From sequence record SRR20825019_2447: a DNA stretch of 35,710 nt, one strand, 5' to 3'. Below are positions 26,582 to 34,935 of this stretch, in pieces (positions within the stretch are counted from its first letter, which is position 1; each line of letters starts with the position of its first letter). The notes under the pieces were generated by a model. That model was not told where the DNA came from. It made no database searches and saw only the letters and a program-made list of their open reading frames with translations. Made by a program: the position numbers and the translations under genes.

Positions 26582-26880
26582 CAGCGTCCCCCTGCCCCAG
26601 CTAGCAAGGTACGCTGCTGCTTACCGGCCCAGAACCTGGGTGTTTGCATCAGCACCCGGTCATAGTGACAATCCTCCCGGACGTGCTTCCAGAACCATGC
26701 CCATAGACCAATAGTGAGGCTAATGAAGACAATTAGGCTGACGCTGATTACCCCCATGAGAACGCATACCGCCAAACCTACTGCGCCTCCCGAAACGGAG
26801 AGCATCATTAGGGCGGGCGGCAGGCCGAACATTGTTTGTGGCCGCTGTGTTTGGGTAAGGATTGCGCTCGAGGTTTTCAT
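26581..26880 (-). CDS. virB3: VirB3-family protein
   Basis: QRPQTMFGLP motif and two TM segments; 1-bp overlap with virB4; start ATG 26880. Confidence 0.82.
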   Translation of the reverse strand: MKTSSAILTQTQRPQTMFGLPPALMMLSVSGGAVGLAVCVLMGVISVSLIVFISLTIGLWAWFWKHVREDCHYDRVLMQTPRFWAGKQQRTLLAGAGGR

Positions 26881-26888
26881 AGCGGCAT

Positions 26889-27209
26889 TTAACCGAAAAG
26901 ATTTGTTACGAGAGTCGGGCCGAGCATCACCAGAATCCCGCCAACCAAGGCAAACCCGAACCTGGGCCAGTCCATGCGGCCGGTCCATGACGCCCAAAGC
27001 CCAATAGCGATGATACCAATGCCCAGAACCGCTGATCCGAGCTGGCCCAAGCCGGTTGTCAGCGTCTCAAGAAAGTCAGTGATCGGCGCGACCCAATTCG
27101 CATCCTGGGCGGCCGCTGGCGATGCAAGAATCGCGACCACGAAGACAAATGTAATCAGGCCGGTTGCGCGGCCCATATTGCGTGAATAACCCATCGGATA
27201 CCCCTTCAT
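26889..27209 (-). CDS. virB2: VirB2/TrbC pilin
   Basis: Leader ending PAAAQ, two hydrophobic helices separated by GRMDW. Confidence 0.85.
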   Translation of the reverse strand: MKGYPMGYSRNMGRATGLITFVFVVAILASPAAAQDANWVAPITDFLETLTTGLGQLGSAVLGIGIIAIGLWASWTGRMDWPRFGFALVGGILVMLGPTLVTNLFG

Positions 27210-27652
27210 GACAAAACAGATTTTAGGACTAGGAGGTTGATGCCGACGCTCGCGACAGAGACGGCAATTAGGATGCAGTTCCAGCGCAACAAGCGTTTGT
27301 GCGCGGATACAGAGCGGTCCATGATCACGGCCGATTTTTCAATCGATGCCATGCTGGCCCTAATGCTCAGGTTGCTAACTTGGCCTATGATTTCATCGAG
27401 AGAGCTTCTAATGCGCTTATCGATGGATTCGGCCCCGTGATCGCAGGTGGTTTTAATACCCGCCTTCAGCGCGCCGCCGACCTCAACCGCTTCATCGAGG
27501 CAAATTCTCATGATCGAATAGAGGAGAAGAACCGGATCATCACGATCTACGGCCACGTTATGCTGATCGAGTAGAATGGCGCGAAGCTCGTCTATTTTTT
27601 TTGCGGCCGGCAGCGCGTTGGCTGCCTCCTGCTCAATGCCCTGGCGGCTCAC
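27206..27652 (-). CDS. traM: IncP TraM-like protein
   Basis: IDELRAILLDQHNVAVDRDDPVLLL motif and C-terminal TM; GTG 27652 overlaps the traL stop. Confidence 0.7.
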   Translation of the reverse strand: MSRQGIEQEAANALPAAKKIDELRAILLDQHNVAVDRDDPVLLLYSIMRICLDEAVEVGGALKAGIKTTCDHGAESIDKRIRSSLDEIIGQVSNLSIRASMASIEKSAVIMDRSVSAHKRLLRWNCILIAVSVASVGINLLVLKSVLS

Positions 27653-28389
27653 AGGTTGGCCTCGCTCAAGGCCTCGTTGATACGGCCCCAAAGGCTTTTG
27701 AGGCGATGCTTCGCAATGATGGATAGGCCTTCGTCAGCCGCGGCCTCGCTAAAGGTAAGATGCCGCGATAGTATAAAGTCCAGATCCTTCCCGAAGGTCG
27801 CCGGATTGATCTCTGGAAGAACGATAACGCTCCGCACCCGTTCTTCCAGCTCGCTGTAAAGCCGCGTTTCTGTGAACTGGACTGTTTTGCCCTTCACGAC
27901 AGATTGAATAGGGCCGAAATACTCATTGAGGACGATCAGCAGCTCTACGGCGGGAACCAATTGCGCAAGCTGGCTCAAGCCCATTGCCGTATCTTTCAGC
28001 GCCTGCCCGCCTGTAAGAATGGAAATCGGAATAACCGAATGCCCCGATTCTGTTAGGATCGAGACCGCTTCGCTCTCCGCAAGATAGTTGATGAGCGGCA
28101 AAAAGGTTGAGGCGCCGTTATCAATAACGAAGACTTCTTCGGGCTCTGCCGACAGGATCTCCTCAATCAGCCCATCGAACGACCGTGGATCGATTTGATC
28201 TACGCGATGGCCTAATTGAAACTTTGTCGTGTTGAAGGCTTGGTATGAGCCGAAGGTTCTGTTCACCGGATCAGTATCAAAACAACGCGGTGTTATTCCT
28301 CGCTCAATGAAGTGCTGCGCTACAAGCGCCGATACAAGCGATTTACCAACGCCGCCTTTGCCCTGCAGTGTCATGAAGACTTTAGCCAT
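27649..28389 (-). CDS. traL: IncP TraL-like (MinD/ParA-type P-loop) protein
   Basis: TLQGKGGVGKS, FDTDPVN, VIDNGASTFLPL, TGGQA, LNEYFG. Confidence 0.85.
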   Translation of the reverse strand: MAKVFMTLQGKGGVGKSLVSALVAQHFIERGITPRCFDTDPVNRTFGSYQAFNTTKFQLGHRVDQIDPRSFDGLIEEILSAEPEEVFVIDNGASTFLPLINYLAESEAVSILTESGHSVIPISILTGGQALKDTAMGLSQLAQLVPAVELLIVLNEYFGPIQSVVKGKTVQFTETRLYSELEERVRSVIVLPEINPATFGKDLDFILSRHLTFSEAAADEGLSIIAKHRLKSLWGRINEALSEANL

Positions 28390-28828
28390 TGGAATCATCT
28401 CCTGATTGTGGCTCTTCGCTCGGGCTCAACAGATCTTCCGGATCTACCGTCAGACTGTTCAGATCACGACCGGCGCGCGGCCGAATGACCTTGCTCTTTG
28501 ATTGGATGATGGGCTCGGACGGCTGGTCCGTCCGTCGCACCGCTGTTTCGCTTGATGCCGGGGCATCTTTCGATGCCGCTCCCGTGCCCAGAAATTCTCG
28601 GCAATGGGTGTAAAATGTCTGAACGTGGATCGTTGTACGATTGCGGCTTTTAAGGTCCTTGTAGATGTCCGCTATGGTCTCTTTATTGTTGTCCAGGCGT
28701 TGTGAAACTTCCGGCCACAAGGCGGCAAATTCGACCTTCGCAAACCCCCACGGCGCCCTCGTTCTCTTGGCGCCAGATGGCTCGATCTGCTTCGCCTGGC
28801 CTTGCCCATTTGACGGCTTTGAATTCAT
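28382..28828 (-). CDS. TraK-like oriT-binding protein
   Basis: KVEFAALWPEVSQRL...TIADIYKDLKSRNRTTIHVQTFYTHCREFL resembles TraK-family HTH; position immediately before traL-traM. Confidence 0.62.
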   Translation of the reverse strand: MNSKPSNGQGQAKQIEPSGAKRTRAPWGFAKVEFAALWPEVSQRLDNNKETIADIYKDLKSRNRTTIHVQTFYTHCREFLGTGAASKDAPASSETAVRRTDQPSEPIIQSKSKVIRPRAGRDLNSLTVDPEDLLSPSEEPQSGDDSNG

Positions 28829-29093
28829 ACCCTCGCAACCAATTCTGTATCTCAAGCGGGATTCTGAACGGCTCTCGTCATCACTGAGCAGGGGGGCGAG
28901 CCAGATGTTGTTCTACGATTGACCCATCGGAATTATTCTTTGCTCAGCTTGACTTACTCGCCAGCAACAGCCGATTATGGAAGTTCAGCGCAGGAAATTT
29001 TGACCGGTTTGATTTTCCATTCCGCATCAATTTCCTGTGGTAGACATTGCTGATTAGTGCCAACACGAAAGATGCTGAAGGTAAATCAAGCCC

Positions 29094-29432
29094 ATGAGCC
29101 AAAGAGTTCCGAATTCTCAGGGTAGGATTAGTAATCTTATTCGGTTCACTGAAGCAGACGGCCAGCTAATCAACGAATATGCAAAGCAACACTACTCGAA
29201 GAAGTACGAGTATTATTGTGCGTCAGCGCAGGCATTCATTGACCACTTCAAATCCAACGCAGACATAAGCTTTGTTCAGACCCCGTTTAATGTTTCATAC
29301 AAAGGCATCACTATTTATTTGACGCCTCATCTCTATGACCAATTGAACGAGATAGCCCTTTCAACTGGTACACAAATTGGCCGTGTTATTGCGACCGCTA
29401 TGCTGCACATGGCCCGCAGCCATCACCATTAA
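29094..29432 (+). CDS. Small putative DNA-binding protein with two RHH-like units
   Basis: ISNLIRFTEADGQLINEYAKQH and KGITIYLTPHLYDQLNEIALSTGTQIGRVIATAM; AT-rich; divergent from the tra cluster. Confidence 0.6.
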   Translation: MSQRVPNSQGRISNLIRFTEADGQLINEYAKQHYSKKYEYYCASAQAFIDHFKSNADISFVQTPFNVSYKGITIYLTPHLYDQLNEIALSTGTQIGRVIATAMLHMARSHHH

Positions 29433-29734
29433 TCGGCGTTAACTACTGGCTCGATACCCTCTTTAATAATTTGCCGTAGAAAAAAACGCAAGAGCTAACT
29501 ATTATCTTTCTTCAATAATCCAGACCTATTATGACAGTAGGTGACGGGGCTGCGATTCCCCGACGAGCAGACCAACACAATGTTTGTTCCGCTTCGAAGA
29601 AGTGGCTTGTTGTCAGTTGCTTAGGGGGACTATTTTGTGCCGGAAAGAGAGTGCGTGGTAATATCTTGTGTTAGGCCCACGCATAAACTGGCCGAAGTCA
29701 TCATCAACAGTAAGGAGCGTGTGAACAAGGAGCC

Positions 29735-29768
29735 ATAAAAACACAAGGCCGCCCCAAGTGGGACGGCC
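29735..29768 (-). terminator. Intrinsic terminator-like hairpin
   Basis: Minus strand GGCCGTCCC-ACTT-GGGGCGGCC followed by TTGTGTTTTTAT; fully paired (one G-U) only on the minus strand. Confidence 0.6.
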
Positions 29769-29791
29769 CGTGAAAACTCTACGATGTGACA
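29737..29791 (-). ncRNA. Candidate ~55-nt counter-transcript RNA
   Basis: Minus strand TTGACA (29826-29821), 17 bp, GAAACT, then about 55 nt ending in the terminator; antisense to the leader of the 29900 gene. Confidence 0.45.
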
Positions 29792-29899
29792 ATCAAGAGT
29801 TTCCGCGATCCCCAAAAAAGTGTCAAGCAGAAAAGCGGTAAAACGCCACCCTTTTTTGCGTCCTTGTTTAGCACGCCTCCAATATCGCGGAGGCAGTGA

Positions 29900-30697
29900 A
29901 TGTCGGAACTCGACCTACTAAAAAAGAAGCGGTTGCTGTTCATGAAACAGACCGCCGATCAACAACCTACCTTGGATCAGTGGAACCGCTGGCACAAGGA
30001 AGCCTCTGTTCCTGAACGTCACCGGCAAGAAGTCTTGCCGGGTGTCCACGACCGCTCGCTACGACGCGGTTTCAGGGGACGGCGAGCGGGAAGAACGAGG
30101 ACTTCGATATACAGCTGCCGGCGACCGCGGCCAGGACGCGAAAGCCGTTGGGCCGACCAGGAACTACGCGAGACAGATTCCTTTGCCGTCTCCACAATAC
30201 CATCAGCGATTCTTGAAGAGTCGCACCTGTCCCCAGCGGACAGACGAGTTCTTTTAGCGCTCCTGATTTACTCACGCGGCCGCGAAAGTTGGACCATGTA
30301 TATGGCCCCTATCGCTAACATGGCCCGTGTAGCCCGATCCACGGCCCACCTATCAGTCGCACGCCTTGTCCGCGCCGGATACATCGGCCGGGTTACAAAT
30401 CCCGTCACGGGGTCGCGCAACGGCCCTAATACCTGGACCCTTCTCGATGCCCGTCTATTGCTGGCAGCAGAGGAGATGTTGAATTCTAAGCGGAGAGATT
30501 CTGGCGGCGAAGCTGTGTTCTTTTCTTTTGGGGATAGGGTCCAAAAGAATGATCCGGTGAATCACGTCAATTATATATCTTCTATCACGCGCTCTACAGC
30601 GCCTGATGTTGATCCAAGGCATAACCGCTTGGGCGCCGCTGCGCCCCCTCACCTCAATCATCCCTACCAAGATCCACGAAAGAAGGCTCGGCGATAG
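29900..30697 (+). CDS. Winged-HTH protein, possibly replication-associated
   Basis: HLSPADRRVLLALL...IANMARVARSTAHLSVARLVRAGYI...GSRNGPNTWTL; GGAGG RBS before ATG. Confidence 0.7.
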   Translation: MSELDLLKKKRLLFMKQTADQQPTLDQWNRWHKEASVPERHRQEVLPGVHDRSLRRGFRGRRAGRTRTSIYSCRRPRPGRESRWADQELRETDSFAVSTIPSAILEESHLSPADRRVLLALLIYSRGRESWTMYMAPIANMARVARSTAHLSVARLVRAGYIGRVTNPVTGSRNGPNTWTLLDARLLLAAEEMLNSKRRDSGGEAVFFSFGDRVQKNDPVNHVNYISSITRSTAPDVDPRHNRLGAAAPPHLNHPYQDPRKKARR

Positions 30698-30765
30698 CCG
30701 AGGAAGCCGAGAGGCCCCTGCCCTACTGATCAAAATTATGCGCCAGGTATGTGGAGCTGAACGCG

Positions 30766-30871
30766 ATTCGGAACATCAAACACATTTCCGATCCGAACAT
30801 CCGCCTCGCCTAACTCGCAGGATTCGGAACATCGATCACACTTGATGACAAAATTCGGAACATCACTCACA
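30766..30871 (+). repeat. Iterons upstream of repA
   Basis: ATTCGGAACATCnnnCACA at 30766, 30822 and 30853, plus a partial copy near 30791. Confidence 0.88.
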
Positions 30872-30878
30872 ATTCGCC

Positions 30879-31769
30879 ATGGCTTCAAACGATCAAGTAG
30901 ATCTCTTTCTCAGCTCGATCATCGACGCGCCGATCAAAGATCAGCGGGATGTCATGGAATTTCCTCACTTCGCCCTAGCGAAGCGCCCGAGGATGGATCC
31001 CATGATTTACGACGATCCGAAGCGTGGAATTCACGTAGAAGTCCGGCCTGGTCACAAAGGAATTGCGACCATCTGGGACAAAGACGTGATGATTTATTGC
31101 TCATCGCTGATAAATGAGCAGATCGAACGGGGGCTTACTCCCGCGCGTACGATCCAGTTTCACGCCTATGACTTTCTCCGCCTGGCTCGGCGCGGCGAAG
31201 GCAAACGATCTTATCAGCTCCTGCAAGATGCTCTTGACCGTCTGCAGTCGACTGCCATCCGAACCACGATCAAGACTGGGGAAAAAGAAGAGAAGCGGTT
31301 CTTTTCGTGGATTGAGTCGGCCCGCGTTGTCGAAAGAACAACCCCGGCCGGCAAAGAACGCATGGCCGCGATCGAGGTCACGCTGAACGAGTGGATTTTC
31401 CGGGCACTGACCAAAGACCGGACAGTACTCACGATTGACTCGCGGTATTTTTCGCTCAAGGGCGGTATCGAACGGCGGCTGTATGAGCTTGCGCGTAAGC
31501 ATTGCGGGCATCAGCAGCGCTGGGACATTTCTCTGGTAAACCTTTGGAAAAAATGCGGTTCTCAAACAGAGCTGCGCTTTTTCAAGGTTAACATTCTCAA
31601 GATTATCGAGACGGACCCCCTGCCCTCTTACACGATATCCGCCTCTTTCGACCCGAAACGCAAACCGGGGCCGCCGGCGGACACACACGAGGTCACGAGG
31701 CGATATCAAAAAAACGAGAATATGATCATCAGCTTCCGGCCAAAAGAAGGGATCACCGTCCTGGAGTGA
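30879..31769 (+). CDS. repA: Plasmid replication initiator, RepA (RPA-type) family
   Basis: KDQRDVMEFPHFALAK, GIATIWDKDVMIY, Y..LQDALDRLQST.I.T, YFSLKGGIERRLYELARKHCGHQ. Confidence 0.92.
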   Translation: MASNDQVDLFLSSIIDAPIKDQRDVMEFPHFALAKRPRMDPMIYDDPKRGIHVEVRPGHKGIATIWDKDVMIYCSSLINEQIERGLTPARTIQFHAYDFLRLARRGEGKRSYQLLQDALDRLQSTAIRTTIKTGEKEEKRFFSWIESARVVERTTPAGKERMAAIEVTLNEWIFRALTKDRTVLTIDSRYFSLKGGIERRLYELARKHCGHQQRWDISLVNLWKKCGSQTELRFFKVNILKIIETDPLPSYTISASFDPKRKPGPPADTHEVTRRYQKNENMIISFRPKEGITVLE

Positions 31770-31959
31770 TTCGGAACATCACTCACACAACGTCCGGCAG
31801 ATCCTGCGGTGACCCACCTCTCTTGAATTCGGAACATCGACCACGGAAAATTCGGAACATCACTCACAAACTGATACGGAACATCACTCACAGATCCTCG
31901 GAATATCGATCACATTCACTTCGGAACATCATTCACGATGATTCGGAACATCGATCACA
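31769..31959 (+). repeat. Iteron array (oriV) downstream of repA, seven copies
   Basis: Copies at 31769, 31827, 31850, 31874, 31896, 31919 and 31941; the last six have 22-24 bp periodicity. Confidence 0.9.
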
Positions 31960-32078
31960 GAAAGCCTAAATACGCTTTTGCGATCAACTTACTAAAAAAG
32001 CGTAACTCTCTAACTTCAGAATCTAACAATCTAACAGTCTTTTTTTTCGACGCCCGAACGGCAGATGCCTGTGGATAA
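31960..32078. other. AT-rich unwinding region with TAAC repeats and DnaA box
   Basis: cgTAACtctcTAACttcagaatcTAACaatcTAACag then a T run; TGTGGATAA at 32070-32078 is the reverse complement of the TTATCCACA DnaA box. Confidence 0.75.
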
Positions 32079-32107
32079 AGTAGGCGAGCCCATAATAGCC
32101 CCCTGCC

Positions 32108-32440
32108 CTATTTCTCTGGCTCTTGCGCCTTTTCCCAGAATTCGAAAATAATTTGGAATAGCTCACCGTTCGTAAGGCGCCGCTCGGCGGCAGCTATCTG
32201 GAAATTGTCCTTGAGCTGCTTCACCACCTTCATATTCAGCTGCTCTCGCGGACCCTTGGATCGTAGACTTCGCCCATCGATCTTGGCCCCGCTACGCGGA
32301 GTGAAACCGGACTGAATAGACGTACGATCAAGCTCCCGTTTTGCTTCCGGTGTACGTGCAGGTTTTGGCACTCGTTTTTTTTCTTCAGTCGCTCCGAATT
32401 CGAGAGAACCGAAGTCTAGTTTCGCGCGTTCCTTACCCAT
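32108..32440 (-). CDS. Type Ib partition adaptor (ParG-like RHH protein)
   Basis: Disordered N-terminus, then REQLNMKVVKQLKDNFQIAAAERRLTNGELFQIIF; overlaps the parA stop. Confidence 0.75.
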   Translation of the reverse strand: MGKERAKLDFGSLEFGATEEKKRVPKPARTPEAKRELDRTSIQSGFTPRSGAKIDGRSLRSKGPREQLNMKVVKQLKDNFQIAAAERRLTNGELFQIIFEFWEKAQEPEK

Positions 32441-33113
32441 GAGCGACCTCCTTCAGTTTGTTGATCAATTCCTGAGTAACGGCTTCGGCATTCTCAATTG
32501 CTCTCTCCACATTTGATGCATCCGCTTTGGACATTTGATAGATCGTCCCCCCGGTCTGAAAAATTGTCGAATAGACCGCTCGTTGCGTCACTGCAGACTT
32601 GAATGTCGGGATTCCGGCTGCAGCCAACTCTCTTTCGATATGGGTTAAGTCCCTCGGCCGGATTGCGGGGTTTACGCGCGTAAACAGGATCGAGAACGGG
32701 ATCTTGCGGCGCGTCTGCCTTTCGCCATTTTTGACGAGCGCTATCACTCGGGCAGCTTGGTCGACGTCGAGCTGGGTGCCCTGGCATGGAATCACAACGA
32801 GATCCGATGCGCTGATCGCGTAACTTACGGCGATCGACGCTGTTCCTTCCAGGTCGATTAGGACGAAATCGTTCTTCGACTCTTCCTCTTCGAGCACGTC
32901 GAGAATTGTTTTCTCAGTAACATCACGGACGATTGCCAGATTCTCAGGCATGTCATCCCCTGTCCGGTCGGCCCAACTGCCGAGGGGTTGGTTTGGATCC
33001 GCATCGAGGACGCACACTGTTCGGCCGGCTTCAGCAAGAACTTGCCCCACGAGGAGCGTCGTCGTGCTTTTACCTGCGCCACCCTTGGAATTAGCGAAGC
33101 AAATGGTTGGCAT
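32433..33113 (-). CDS. parA: ParA-family Walker ATPase, short type Ib
   Basis: NSKGGAGKST, LDADPNQ, LIDLEG, SDLVVIP; start ATG 33113. Confidence 0.92.
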   Translation of the reverse strand: MPTICFANSKGGAGKSTTTLLVGQVLAEAGRTVCVLDADPNQPLGSWADRTGDDMPENLAIVRDVTEKTILDVLEEEESKNDFVLIDLEGTASIAVSYAISASDLVVIPCQGTQLDVDQAARVIALVKNGERQTRRKIPFSILFTRVNPAIRPRDLTHIERELAAAGIPTFKSAVTQRAVYSTIFQTGGTIYQMSKADASNVERAIENAEAVTQELINKLKEVAHG

Positions 33114-33140
33114 AATCAGTCTCTTCTCAGTTGTGACGGC

Positions 33141-33325
33141 ATATCCGATATCCCGAGATATCTGATACCCTTTGATAGATGTTAACAACAGATATCCGGT
33201 ATCTCAAGATATATGATATCTATAAATATCGCATATCTTTTATATATTGGGTATCTATCGATATGTCATATCTATCAGATAACTGATATCTCATGCTATC
33301 CGATATCTTCAGATATCGGATATCT
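33141..33325. repeat. GATATC/ATATC-rich repeat tract, candidate centromere (parS) and par promoter region
   Basis: Dense exact and degenerate GATATC copies in an AT-rich tract immediately upstream of parA. Confidence 0.7.
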
Positions 33326-33414
33326 AGGGGCGGACTATATGAAAATCCCTTATGGCGGTTTAAGAAAGGGGGGGAGGGCGCCACATTTTAGTCGTTGAGG
33401 GGTTTGAACACGGG

Positions 33415-34428
33415 CTAACTCTTCGGCAACAGGTCCTTCAGGGACTTCAACGCTCCCGGGCCGTAGAACATTGCTATGGTCGCCGCGACCGCCTCGGACA
33501 TCAACAATGTGTATCCGCTCCAGTGAACAAATCCACAAGCAGCTACTGCCACACCCCAGCAGCCAATCGCTCCGGCTGTCGTTGTCCCGAGGGCAGGGAG
33601 GGTGTCCAGAAATTGCGACACTCGTCCGGGCAGTTTTTCAGTGGCTTGAATTGCAGCTTCGATATTCTCTTCGCTCGGATCTTTTAGCACTCGCGAAGTC
33701 GCTGACTCGACCTCTCTGGTAGACCCGCGAAGCTCCCTTAAAGCATCGATCACGTTACGCACGACCGGTTCATTCGAACCTTCTTTTTCAAGCTTCTCTA
33801 GAAGCTCTTCTGCAGCCTCTCGGATTGCCGTGGCGCGACTTAAATGTTCTCCAGGGTCTTCACGTATACGCGCGCCCGGATCGCCGGCAGTGTCCGAAAC
33901 AAGCGTCTCGGAAACCGTTAATGCCCGGATCAATTTAATCGATTGAACTATCGACCTTAGATCACGATCAAAACTCGATAGTTCAGCTGGAATATCGATA
34001 TCTTCCGGAGGTTCTGAGTTTTTTTTGGCAGTTCTCGCAACCCAACAAAACACCTCACGCTCTGATCGAAATGGAGGGTACCTTAACCGACCGCTACTCC
34101 CTAAGATCGAAATGTCGCTGCCTCTAATAGTCTTAGAATATGCCGCATTCCCAATAATACGGACCCCTTCTGGATGCGGTTTGATAAACTCAAAAAGATA
34201 TAAGTCTTCGAGTTCCTCAGTCGGCATTTTGCTTAGTGTTTCTATAAAATCACCAAACGAATCTATACCCATTATCTCCCAAAATGCCTCTGGTTCTTCA
34301 GTAGCATACGAAATTGTGTGAACAGCGTGATCGAGAAGCTCCTGAGAATTCTCTATACCGGGGAATGTCTCTCTCAAAACCTGAACAATTCCCTCAAATG
34401 AAGGAGAATCAAAATCTGTGTCTGGCAT
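33415..34428 (-). CDS. Hypothetical protein, acidic, with C-terminal hydrophobic hairpin
   Basis: 337-aa ORF of protein-like composition, lower GC than its neighbours; no motif recognised. Confidence 0.65.
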   Translation of the reverse strand: MPDTDFDSPSFEGIVQVLRETFPGIENSQELLDHAVHTISYATEEPEAFWEIMGIDSFGDFIETLSKMPTEELEDLYLFEFIKPHPEGVRIIGNAAYSKTIRGSDISILGSSGRLRYPPFRSEREVFCWVARTAKKNSEPPEDIDIPAELSSFDRDLRSIVQSIKLIRALTVSETLVSDTAGDPGARIREDPGEHLSRATAIREAAEELLEKLEKEGSNEPVVRNVIDALRELRGSTREVESATSRVLKDPSEENIEAAIQATEKLPGRVSQFLDTLPALGTTTAGAIGCWGVAVAACGFVHWSGYTLLMSEAVAATIAMFYGPGALKSLKDLLPKS

Positions 34429-34480
34429 TTCGGAATCGTCGCACGCCGTTTCGGATAAAGAACTTTAGTCAGAATCAACT

Positions 34481-34815
34481 AAGTGGGGAAAGCCTTCCCC
34501 CTGGTCGGAGCCGAGGTCTCCTCCACACCCCCTTCTGCGGGGGCACCCCGCAACGCCCCAATGAATGAGCGCGCATCGCGCGCATGGTCCGAAAACGGGC
34601 AGACCGGCCGCCGCTTCGCTCTAGCCGGCCAGACTCCATAGATTTCCTTTATCCGCCCAACATCCCGTTCCGTTCCCGTCAATAGGCAAGCGTCGCGCAC
34701 GCGCGCCGTCCTGCAGCTCCCCCGTGTCCTCGGCTACGCCTGCGGGCCGCACCAGGTCGCCTCCAGACCATTGACCGGCCCAGACCGGGCCATGGGTCGG
34801 GCTGCGCCCCAACCC
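34481..34815. other. GC-rich multi-hairpin non-coding element (ssDNA promoter or single-strand initiation-like)
   Basis: GGGGAA-agcc-TTCCCC, CCCC-ttctgc-GGGG, CCGGC..GCCGG and a long imperfect inverted repeat anchored on GTCAAT (34678) / ATTGAC (34770). Confidence 0.45.
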
Positions 34816-34935
34816 ACTCTGTTCAGCCGAAAACTGTGTTTTCGACCAATCAGACCGGTTGAGACACGCCCATTGGCGGAAGAGGGGAGGGCAACACCCC
34901 CGCCGCTCGTCATAGACAAAACCGGGAGTATCAAG

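Noticed and set aside
27649-28389. Second parA partition gene
   Set aside because: Motifs (DNGASTF, TGGQA, NEYFG) and position between traK- and traM-like genes fit TraL better.
31798-31810. ATCCTGC match to the RP4 nic core
   Set aside because: Lies inside the iteron region without an oriT-like upstream inverted repeat; likely a chance match.
30766-31959. TCGGAACATC repeats as a CRISPR array
   Set aside because: Units are about 19 bp with mostly 3-5 bp gaps, they flank repA, and there are no cas genes; these are iterons. ORFs 31766-31969 and 31706-31891 are just translated repeats.
33213-33398. Ile/Tyr-rich 61-aa ORF and the N-terminal extension of parA to 33188
   Set aside because: Both are translations of the GATATC repeat tract; parA fits a start at 33113.
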